Source of the DNA: Nageia nagi
Taxonomy: Eukaryota; Plantae; Pinophyta
Length of the DNA: 64,000 nucleotides
Reading direction: 5' to 3'
NCBI GenBank assembly: GCA_050084985.1
Contig: JBITNC010000001.1
Location: 125,612,001-125,676,000, forward strand
Shown here: positions 13,701 through 24,900 of the stretch, one piece after another
How positions within the stretch are numbered: the first letter of the stretch is position 1
How the letters are laid out: the number at the start of each line of letters is the position of its first letter
Notes under the pieces: model-generated
What the model was told of the DNA's origin: nothing
The model's database searches: none
What the model saw: the letters and a program-made list of their open reading frames with translations, nothing else
Position numbers and translations under genes: made by a program

Positions 13701-16574
13701 GTTGGTACACACTCTAATTTCACCTGTAGGCTTCTTAACTAGGACTACATTAGCCATCCATTCTAAGTAGTCAATGGATCTTATAAATCTGACTTCTAGC
13801 AATTTTTCTATTTCCTTCTTCACGAGCAATGAAACCTAAAAAGGCATTTTTTGTGGCTTTTGTTTTACTGGAATTGCCCCTTTTTTGACCACCAGGTTAT
13901 GAACCACAAAGTTCTCATCTAACCCTGGCATATCCTTGTAAGACCATGCAAATAACTCAGAATAATCTTAAAAAGATTGAACTAATTCACTCTGCAATGG
14001 TGCCTCAAGAAGCTTACCCATTTTTAGTATTCATGGTGTCTCTTGAGAGCTGATATTAACTTCTTCAATTTCTTCATTTAACCAGGTAACTTCAGCTTTT
14101 GATGACAAAGGGAATGGTAACTCTCCCAATCCCTCAATCTTATCATCTCTAGATTCCTCGAAACAAGCATGTATATTTGGACAATGTGTTTGAATTCTTA
14201 TTTCATGCCTTATTGGATATTCTATTCTAGCACCTAATGTTTCTAAAAGGCATCATCATTCTAAAATAAATCTATAGTGTGTATAGCATCTTCCTCATCA
14301 ATCTCGCAATCAATAACATAATAATTGCTTACCCATTCATCGATCTGCACTGTTCTTGAGATTTCGTCCTGACAAACGTTATCACCACCTTGACAAGGAA
14401 TTATACTCAACTAATTTTTCTCCATTTCTTTCTTGGAAAAAGATCACCGACGGTCCTCTTTCTTTGAAAAGAAATGTGGGCATTCTTCTTCCTTACCTTG
14501 TTGCTATTCATTGAAGTTTTCATCCCGACTAATTTCATTGATGTTCATGATAATGTATGAACCAATCCTGATATCCATCATGTTAATTTTATGTAATGCT
14601 TTCCTATAAATCCGATCATTCCTATCTTGAAGGGTTTCATCTTCTGCATCACATGGAACAAATCTCTCCGGGAGGACAAGGTTACACTGCTTAGCCATCT
14701 GTTCATCTGCCTCAACCTTATAGACATTCCCCTCAAAGTAGAATTTAAAACACCTATGTAATGTTGATGCCACTCCCTCCATATCATCTATCCAAGGTCT
14801 TCCAAGGATAAAGTTAAATGAAGGCTTTCCTTCCGTGATATAAAACAAAGTATCAAGCACTTTATTACCAACCTTAATTGGTAGTGTAATAGTTCTTGCA
14901 CATTTTCTAGGTATACCATCAAATCCTTTGATTCTCATGGTAGTTTCTTCCCTTGGAGGTAGCACATCTGGATCGAATTGCTCCAACAAGTGAGTGGTAG
15001 CAATATTTAGGGCTACCCCTCCATCTATCAATGACCTCTTAACTATCACTCCAAAGGCCTCTACCTCAATGAACAAAGGTGGATGAAGCTTAGTGACATC
15101 CTTACTAGGCTTCTCGTTAGGGTTAAATGCAATAACTTCCCCTTTACCCCAAATCTTAGCCTTTTCTGCAAAAGTAGCAACAAAAATATTTTGATCTATC
15201 TGACTATTCCTAAAAATTTGATTCATCATCTCCCTATGAGGTGCTAAAATTTGAAGTAACTCAAAAAGATTAACCTTAGCTGGTGTGCTTTTTAATTGCT
15301 CAATTAAATCAAAACTTCTAGGATCTTTTGGTAACTCCCTCTCGCAGGTAACTGGATCAACCATTTCCCTAGCTTTCCCTCTTGTGAGTGCCACACAAAC
15401 ATCTTCATGGAAAATCACATTGACATGTTGCTCTACCTCCATATCCTGGACCTTTACTAGACACACATAGAATCCATCTTCTATGAGTTTCTGTACCCTA
15501 TCCCTAAGGCTTACATACCCATTAGTAGCATGGCCCTTAGTTTGATGGTACTCGCAATACCTGTCTTCAATATACCAAGTGGGTCTTTCTGCTGTAGGAT
15601 CTTCTTCCTGCTTAGGTAAGGGTTGTAACATCCCTTTCGCCACAAGGTCTTTTAAGATATACCTCGGAGGTATGGGAAATCTCACAAATTTCCTCTCTTT
15701 CATCTCACTTGTCTTCTCAACCACATGGATAGTTTTCTCTTTCTTTGGCAATTGTGGTCTCTTATCCTTTGCTTTTGTCTTATCACTATTGCCATACTTT
15801 ACAAGCCCTAGCTTCATAAGGACTTTTTCTTTCTCTAACAGTTTATATGTCATATCAGAAAATGTAAGATGTGTATAATTGATAACATATGATTGAAGGG
15901 CAATATAACAGCTTCTTTAAAAATTTTATTTATCTCTTTTTCCATTAATCTGGTCTTCACTTGCTGCCATGTCTTCTTAAACCTTACAACAAATTTGTCT
16001 AATTGCTCATCACTATCCTGCTTGATAGCAATAAATCTGATAGCATAACCTCCTTCTTGATGTTGTGCTTATATTACTCCAGAAACAAATTACTGAATTC
16101 TTCAAATGATGTGATGGACCCTTCAGGTAAGGCATAAAACCATTCTCAAGCCTCTCCTTCCAAGCTCTGGGGGAAGAATTTAGCTTGCAATCTTTGGTCT
16201 GTACCAATTTTGAGTTCACACTCATCCTTGAATCCTTGTATATGTCTTCTTGGATCTCCTTCACCATTGAACTTACTGAATTTTGGCTCTTTGTAGTCAG
16301 ATGGTGGCATGTGCCTACGAATTTCATCACATAAAGGACTATCAAATTCGAAAGAATCATTAGGTGGAACTGATCTCCTTGCCAATCTATCTATCTGCCT
16401 CTGCATACCTTCCATAGTAGCCTGAAAATTACTATTGTCACCCTCAGCGCTATTTTGCATTCCTCCAGATCCCTCCAGATCATCATGTCTGATTTCTACC
16501 AATAATTCATCCAAATCTCTTTTTGAAAGACTACGCAAGAATAACTTAAGCTGCTCCATAACTAAAACACTCAC
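10708..16574 (-). pseudogene. Inner Gypsy gag-pol with stops and frameshifts
   Basis: Gag (PKFSKFNGEGDPRRH), protease (LIDGGVALNI..ILGRPW), RT (MDGFSGYNQI, YVDDIL), RH (YVSAT..EKL), aRH (WKLYFDGS), integrase (H.GACGGH..C..CQ, WAMDFMG, DNGTNF, PNWVGPY). Confidence 0.95.
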
Positions 16575-16630
16575 AAAATAGATGTTAGTCTTAACTAAAA
16601 CCTTTAGGGTTTTAGTATAATGATGTGCAC

Positions 16631-16648
16631 TTCACGTCGGGTTCACCA
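16631..16648 (-). promoter_or_regulatory. tRNA-Trp primer-binding site
   Basis: Plus strand ttcacgtcgggttcacca matches the 3' 18 nt of plant cytosolic tRNA-Trp(CCA) as recalled, 2 nt from the LTR. Confidence 0.85.
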
Positions 16649-16650
16649 AA

Positions 16651-17510
16651 TGTTTACAAATAAAATTGAGCGTGCAAATAAGTAGATAAAAAAATATCTA
16701 CAAACTCAATATTATCTGTATTTGAGCTACGAATAGCAATTTATTCTAGATAACAATAAACAAAATAACCAATTCAGAAGTGTAATTGTACCAACCAAGA
16801 CTGTAATTTGTGTACTTACCTCATGAAATGTACCCGATAACGAAAGATGTAGATATTGGCAATGTACTGATGATGAGCTACCTTTCCAACAATGTCGTGA
16901 CCTACAAGGATGCAAAAAGAGGACCACGGGCGGTCTATTTCAATGATATAAGAGCACCAGCAGTGTTCTTCTGTTCACAAAGGAGCATCGGTAGCCTTTG
17001 TTTGATAGTTTTGACCTCTTGATTAAGTCTAGAACTTCAATATAGATGTCTCAGATAGCAGTATGATAGCAGAATAGATCATAGATGTCAGAATAGCTCG
17101 CGTAAGGAAGCACACAAACCACAGCCTTGTAGGCAGTACCAAGAGATACCTTAAGGGGTAGCCACTTACAAGACCATACGGGGATCATGTGTATCCTTGT
17201 TATTGTGGACTTACTATTAGATCTCTTATTTATATAGATAATAGATAATAGATAATATCACCCATGGGTCAGCGTGCATCCATATAAATAAGGCTAATTC
17301 ACAAGATTCAAGATAAACACACCAATAAACAAGATAATCCATGTAATATTCAAGATAACCCATGCAATATTCAAGATAATCATTATAAAATTCATATTCA
17401 AGACAAACATTGACATTATCACTTTAATACATTCAAGACATATATTTAGGCCAAGCATATCTCATTAATTTATTGATTTAAAAACATAAATTCATTTTTA
17501 TGTGTTAATA
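16651..17510 (-). repeat. 5' LTR of the inner Gypsy element
   Basis: tgtttacaaa...gttaata, 860 bp, PBS adjacent. Confidence 0.95.
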
Positions 17511-18129
17511 ATATTTGTGAAGTAAAAAAAATCTAGTTTGAGGCTTACTATTTTACCAAATACAATCATTAACCATAATCAATTTCAATGTATGTGAAAT
17601 AGTCATCCAACTAGAAGTCATGAAGAGTTTCCAAGAGCTTGCATACCTGAAGTAAGTAACCTACAATCTCAAAAGAAAGTGGTTCAAATAACAAGATCAG
17701 TTAGATGCAACATATTCATATCAACTAAGATAGATGAATCATACAAATTCCATCATGAACTGATCAATGGTTCACTATAAGTTATCATAAAGATGCCAAG
17801 CCAAAACTCATAGTCATCTGTTGTATATAAAATATATATTGATTATCATTACAAAATAGATCATGCATATAAGATTTCCTCACATATAGATAACTAAATA
17901 GTGCCAAAAGACACATAAGAGTTCCTCACACATGGGTAACTGAATAGTGCTAGATTAGCCAATCTTTTTGTTTTAAAAATTTGTACAATAAGTTCTTCAT
18001 ACAGAGTGAACTTACCATGATGGTGTACAACAAAATCAATATTATACAACATAAAATCCTCTTAAATATGAATTTATCATTACAAACATGAATTCAATAT
18101 AAAAATTCAAATTTCACTTCCCCTTAAGG

Positions 18130-20560
18130 TCAACTTCACCAACCCAATAGCTTCCCTAGGCTTATAGAATTAAGCTTTCAAGAGGTGCTTGGTGAATAAA
18201 TTAGCAAAGTTCAAAGTGGATGGATAATACTCCAGGTGTATGGTGCCATCAAGAATCTTCTCCTGATAAAATGTGCCTAGATTTTGATATATTTTGTTAT
18301 TTCATAGAACACAAGATTCTTAGCCAAAGAGATGATCAATTGATTATCTAAAGAAATCAAAGATAATCCACCTTGATCATACCCAATTTCTTTCAAAATA
18401 TGCCTTAGCCAAATAGATTTTTAGGTTACAATAGGCATGGCATGGTATTCAGCTTCTATTGTGGAAAGAAAAATAGTAGGCTACTTCTTGGAAGCCTAAG
18501 AGATAGCATATAAATCAATGCTAAATACATACATAGAGGTTGATTTTTTATCATCTCTATCTCCTCCATAGTTAGAATATGAGAATACAAAGAGGATAAA
18601 TGAGGGCAACATAGAATACTTGAGAGCAAGATCTTTAGTCCTTACAACATATCTCAAGATTTGTTTAACAACATTAAGGTGCTCAACATATGATTTTTGC
18701 ATGAGTCATGCCATCAGATTCATTTAAAAGGTAATATTTGGCCTAAAAATAGTTAAATACAAAAGACTACCAATTAATTATCTGCAAGCTATAGCATCAA
18801 CTAACTGAGAGTTGAAGATTAGAGAAATAATGATTTCAAGAGAAATTAGAATCATAGCATATCTACACTCATCCATTCCAAACTTCTACAAAATGTTTAA
18901 TATATACTTAGATTGACTAAGATAAGTATAATCCTTGTATTGATACACTTACATTCTAAAATAATAGTGTAAGATACCAAGATCAATCATTTCAAATATT
19001 TCTTTAAGTTTAATTATGCACTCTTGAATAATTTTTTCATTATTCTTAGTTATCAAAATATCATCCACATATAGGATAATCAAGACCATATCTTTTTCCT
19101 GATTGACCACAGATAGATCAATGTCAAAAAAACACTTGGAGAAACCAATGTCTACAAAATACATTGAAATCTTCCTATACTAGGCTCTAGGTGCTTGCTT
19201 AAATCTATATAATAACTTATTTAGCTTGCACATAAAAGACTTTTTGCCTTCCATAATGAACCCTTCTAGTTGATTCATGAAGATTTTCACATCTATGTCA
19301 CCATTACAAAATGCACTCTTAATTTTAAGTTCAAAAAACTTTCCATCCTTGAGCTATAGAAAGAGCAAAGATAATTCTCATAGTAGGCATCTTTTCTATA
19401 GGAGCAAAGGTTTTCTCATAATGTACACCATATTTTTGAATAAAAATTTTGGCTACTAACCTTACCTTGTATTTCTCAATATCCCCAATAGAATTTAAGG
19501 GTAGAATTATCACCTATCACAATCATATCTTTTTTATACTTGTGAATGTTCTCAAACTTTTTTTTTTCAAAGCATAGGTGATTAGTGCGACTAGAATCAA
19601 TAATCTAATAAGATAAAAAAATGTGAGATATGGAGTAGAGTACCATAGCAAAATTAGCTTAAATATTCTTCTTTCCTTTGAAATTATTTACATTTCTATT
19701 AACTTTATTATTTTTCTCTCTTTTGTTTTTATAGAAATCAATTTCTTTGTAACCTTGTATACCACAATAGTTATAATTACCATCAAAATTTTCTTTAGGA
19801 TATGAATTGTTTGCTTTGCCTTTCCCATCTCTTTGCTTGAAGTGGTTGTTGCTACCATTACCTCTTTTCTCATACCTTTTGGAGGAAGAAGGATAAGATT
19901 TTTTTTCATGGTTGAACTTCTTCTTAAAAAGAGTTTTGGTTACTCCAAAAGCAATGTTATTATCTTTAGGAGAAGAAATCAACATCTTTTTATTAAGGGT
20001 TTCCTCATGCTTCAAAAGGAGCCTAAAAAGGTTCTCAAGGGAGAAGAATTTTTTTCATCATCAAACTTTATTTCTATAATCATCACAAAGTTACCAAACT
20101 TTGAAAAAAAGCTTTGGAGAATGATGAAGACCATGAACTCATCATTGATCCAATTGCACCAACAAGTAATAAGTTGGGTCTTTAGGTCAATGATTTTGTT
20201 CAAGTAGATAGCCATATTTTCATCTTTCTCTTGATGATATTGTTGTATCTTTTGGAGAATGGTAAACATTCTTGAAAACTTTGAACTAAGGTAAATTTTC
20301 TTAAGCTTATCCCAAGCTTCCTTTACCAAGGTTGAAGAGGAAATCATCAAGAGCACATCATCTAAAACTGCATAAAAAATCATAGAAATTGCCAACTCAT
20401 TTTTTGTGTTGTAATCCTTTAGTGCATTCTTATTTGTAGGAGGTATAATATTCTCATTCACTATTTGCCATAGCTTCTTTGCCTATAACTCAACTCTCAT
20501 TCAAGGTTCCCAAATCCCAAAGTTAGAACCATCAAAAATATGTTTAGGTTAAAAGAAGTC
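18130..20560 (-). pseudogene. Copia B gag, protease stub, RT and RNase H
   Basis: KEAWDKLKKIY, CCHC remnant, IIDSSRTNHLC (protease) joined almost directly to KYKVRLVAK..YEKTFAP (RT); KQILRYV..DDKKSTS. Confidence 0.88.
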
Positions 20561-21070
20561 TCCAATTTGCTATACAAGAATGTGAAAAATAATATGTATG
20601 TTGTTTACTAAACAACATTATATGTTAAGTTTTACATATTACATTTAATTAACAAATACATGCTTGATTTGATTCACAAATACAAATATTTTACAACTCA
20701 AATATACATCCCATATACCCAAATGCTTTTGTCATCACCAAGAACTATAGATGTAGAGTGATATTATTGAGGCTTATTTTCTTATTTAAAATTAAGCCTT
20801 AACCTAGATGGAATATAAGAGGAACCCAAGTACTACTAATCCTTAGCTAGTTTTCCTTGGTTAGGATTATACTCTCACAAGGAGTACCTACTATTTTCTA
20901 AGGTTATGATGTATATTGGATAGGGTAAATTATTAATATTGATTAGGTTTCAAGTTATCCTCCTAGGTTATCAGGATAATTCTTGAATAGACATGTGGAC
21001 ATGTGGTATCACTACACACATGACTATCCATCTATTAGAGTTATGTTCAGACCAACAAAGGACTTAGGGG

Positions 21071-21452
21071 CAAGTTAGAAAGCCCAGTTGGACATGGGAC
21101 AAGGAGCTCTAGACAAGTAGATAATTGGAGTTGGGCTTTAGGTAAAAATAAAAAAAAGAAATAAGACCAAAGAAATATTTGCATTCAAGAAATTGAAAAT
21201 ATTGAACCTTTACAAAGCCAACCTAACTATTTTAAAATCTCTACATTGATTCGCACAACACTTATTTATACCTATACTCAAAATATGCAAGGAGATGGAT
21301 CTCTTGGTGGTGGTAACAATGGAGGTCATAATGGTAGTGGTTTTAATTTTCCATCCTCTAGTAGTGGTTTGATAGGTGGTGGCCATGGTGGAGATCTAGA
21401 TGGTAGTGGAAATAGAATCTTTAGTGGTGGAACTATAAGGCCATGGCTAAAT
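21071..21452 (+). repeat. 382-bp duplicate of the external flank 7483-7864, lying inside Copia B
   Basis: Colinear from caagtt..agccca to aggccatggctaaa(c/t). Both copies abut a Copia B LTR. Confidence 0.92.
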
Positions 21453-21951
21453 TGAGAGAGTTGCACTATAAACTAAATAACTCTAAACTTCCAAGATCAT
21501 ATTAAAGCTCATAATTCACATCTAACAAATTCAAAAAGCAATCTCACATAGATAACACAAGATGTAAGTGGTTCCTCCAACTAGGAGTACATCCACTAAC
21601 TAGATCTCTCTTAATCTCAAATATGAACTCTCACAATTCTTCTAATCTCATCTCCTAAACACTATCTTATAACATAACTTTACTTTTCAAATTAGTATAT
21701 GATCCAAAGAGGGAGCGTTCTATTTATAGGCCAAAATCCCTCTTTGGATTACCCTTTTACCTAATGTACAAAAGCATGACATGCACATTCTTTTACCCAA
21801 GGGGCATGCTCATGACATGGAGTGTAGGACAAGTAACATTATCATATTCACTTAAATACTTAAGGTATCAAAATGATACCCTAAAGTATTAATGAACTTA
21901 CATAGAATATTATTACAAAACTTTTACAATAATGAATTATACATTCCAACA
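21453..21951 (-). repeat. 5' LTR of Copia B
   Basis: Direct repeat of 7865-8362, flanked by TSD TAAAC. The expected PBS is absent. Confidence 0.9.
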
Positions 21952-21956
21952 TAAAC

Positions 21957-24900
21957 AATATAGGATATCTACATTTGTTTGGAGATGAACACAATCTCCC
22001 TTAAGATACAAAGAACCTACACATCTATCCATGAGAAATATCAAGAATTTTTGGAGAAGAATATCTCAAAAAATTTAGCACTTTCTTTGAATCTTTGCTA
22101 TAGAGCATGAAGATGTTGTTAGAATTTTATTTCAAACATTCACTGAGGAAGCATTACACTAATACAATTCATTATCACCAAGATCAATAACCAACTAGGA
22201 TGATTTTACATTAGTTTTCTCAGCTAGATTCAAAAGTTGAGTCATTGGAACAGAACTAGTGAGTGAGATTTTGCAACTAAATAAAATAAGAGAGAGAGAG
22301 AGAGAGGTCGATGTCTTAGCTTGTTGATTGATTTCATAAATTATATAGAAACATCCTTTTTAATCTAAGATCGATTGGAGACTTGGAGAGGTGCATGTTT
22401 ATCAATGCTTTAGAATGTGATCTTTGATATGTAGTAAATTGATCTTTTCCATAGTCCTTTGAATATGCAATTGACAAAGCTATGAGGCATGAATAATTCC
22501 TTATTACTACTAGAAAATTGAAAATTATTAGGATTCTTCTACTCTTTTGATAAAAGATGAAAATAATCAAACCAAAAAAGATGAGAAATCATAAAAGAAT
22601 GATAACAATAACAAGAGGATAGAAAATAAAGTGCTAAGAAAATTAGCAAATTTTACCATTTAGTAAAATTGAAATCCTCAACAATATTTTTATGCAAATC
22701 AAAACTTCATAAAGTTCCTTAAATAAAATAAAGGATAAAATAATGAAATGAATGGAATTGTACCAATGCCACTAAACAAAGGAGAATCTTAAACCAACTT
22801 GTACTATAACCTTTTTAAGTTTGAACATGAAGAAAATAATTATGCAATGTTGGCTTTAGTCTAAGAAATATTTTTAGAAAATAAAGTTATGTTGGTTGAA
22901 GAGGAGTCTAAAGAACAAGCAACAACTAGTTATGTACACAATAAGATTAACAATGAAGAAACATCTTACTACCAAGATAGTGAAGAACCTTCTCATGATT
23001 ATGATCAATGGATAACGGTTGTTACTCATTATCAAAGCATAGCCCAACCTCAAACACAACCACCAATATCTTTGTAGGTCCAAGTGCAACCACATGTTCA
23101 ATCTCAATCATAAATGCCACAACTAGTCTAAACACAACCTCAAAAACCTCCACAAAATGGCTCAAATAGTTCAACCTCATCCTCAATCCCAACTATAGGT
23201 TCAAGTTACTACTCAACACTTGGTACAACAAATAACCCAAGGGAGAAGTGGATAATAGTATACTAGTAAAGTGTCTATCCAAGATAAACCTCAACCAATT
23301 GAAAAATCAAGAAAATAATATATGCTATCAAGGTATAATACTAGCAAATATTTATCTAAGAAAAGTGCAAACATTTCAATTCTTTGGTTTCTCCACATGA
23401 ACCCTCAAGTAGTAAAGGAACTTTATGAATACACAAATTATTTGAGGAGATATGAATATTGCACATTTTTCTAAACATTCTTTAGTGTTGTATCATATTA
23501 TGTTAGCTCTAAATAAAATTTTGAGGATTTTTCCATTTCATATCTCTTTATGGCTTAATAACATAAACTATTTCAATTTCATTTTAGATTTAGGATAAAC
23601 ATATAATATTATGCCTTTGAAAGTTACTCAATTTCTCAAGTTGATCTTTTTCAAGTGTGATGACCCTTGTTACCAATTGGATTCATCAAATATTAGAACA
23701 ATGGAGAAAATCAAAGATATGACCATATCTTTGGTAGTATTCCTAGCCAAAAAGATCCTAATACTTATATTGATAGTGTATTTTCTAGTATCATATGGGA
23801 TGTTACTCAAAATATAATTCAAATCTAGCATGGGCAAAATAATTTCCCTAGATTGGACCTCCACTCAAATTATTGTCAATGATACCTTAAAAATTCTCAT
23901 ACTAGAGGGTAGGAAAAGGTTTGCAGTGTAGATATAAGGACCTGAGTTGGATAATGCTATACAAAATAATCAAAATAGCCAACCCAAAAATGGTACCCAA
24001 GACCATATCCCAGATAATGGAACCGATAAATTCATTATATTCTTTCAAGATTATGAAATCAACACTTATGAAGGCTTTCTAGAAGAACTAGAGAAAGATA
24101 TCATGAATAATGATACTAATAAAATCTAGAAAATATATTTTTATGGAAGCAAGTATCAAGAAGGTAATGAGGAAATATTTCTATTCACAACACTAGATGG
24201 TACAAAGCGAGCTTATTTCATGAGGTTAACATTTCACTATACCAATAATATAGCCAAAACTATGAAGCTTTATATAAAGGGTTAACCATTGCATGCAAGG
24301 AGCTTCAAATTAGAAATTTGGTCTATTTCGAGGACATGAAATTGATAATCAAATAAGTTAAAAATTAGTTTTATACAAAAAATTCTCAATTAAGATCATA
24401 TAGGTATATTATTTGGGACAATATTAAATTATTTGATTCTTTAAATATACATGGCATACCAAGGCATCTAATCTATCAGGTTGATGCATTGGTTATGTTA
24501 GCATCTATGATCAAGCTTGAACCTTCCCTTAGGTTGGAATAATTTTAGATTGAATTACTATGTAGGCCTATAATCTCATATAATATTGCATATTAGAAAA
24601 TATTTGATTTTGATCAACAATTCCTTCATTTCTTACAAAACACTGAAGAATATTTATCAGGTTTCATTGAAAATGAAAAAGTAATACAATAATACTCCAA
24701 TAGGATTCCTATGGTCATTATCAAACTAGAGAGCCTATATGATAGACATGATCACTTAAAATATGATATTGGAAAATAAGTCACCAAAGCTACCTCACCT
24801 TACAATCTAAATCCAAGTGGTGTAGACCAGATGTTTTGATAAGATCATGTTGTACCATATATGAAAAAGAAGGTTTAGCAAAAATATTTGATAAATACAT

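Larger units (their letters stand above)
8473..17510 (-). mobile_element. Ogre/Retand-like Tat Ty3/gypsy element (PR-RT-RH-aRH-INT), structurally complete and the youngest in the nest
   Basis: Highly similar LTRs 8473-9305 and 16651-17510, perfect TSD ATATT (8468-8472, 17511-17515), PBS 16631-16648, PPT aaagtggggcatc (9306-9318, minus). Confidence 0.95.
7865..21951 (-). mobile_element. Copia B: Ty1/copia element with integrase deleted, inserted in the Tat gag region
   Basis: LTRs 7865-8362 and 21453-21951 (minus strand TGTTGGAATG...CTCTCA), perfect TSD TAAAC at 7860-7864 and 21952-21956, PPT at 8363-8372. Gag ORFs 19659-20461; RT ORFs 19331-19513 and 18949-19164 (LYVDDIL). Confidence 0.92.

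Noticed and set aside
13990-14503. Ogre-type intron between protease and RT (GTAAGG just after the stop)
   Set aside because: The frame continues with only scattered C>T-type stops and no convincing acceptor, so decayed coding sequence is the simpler reading.
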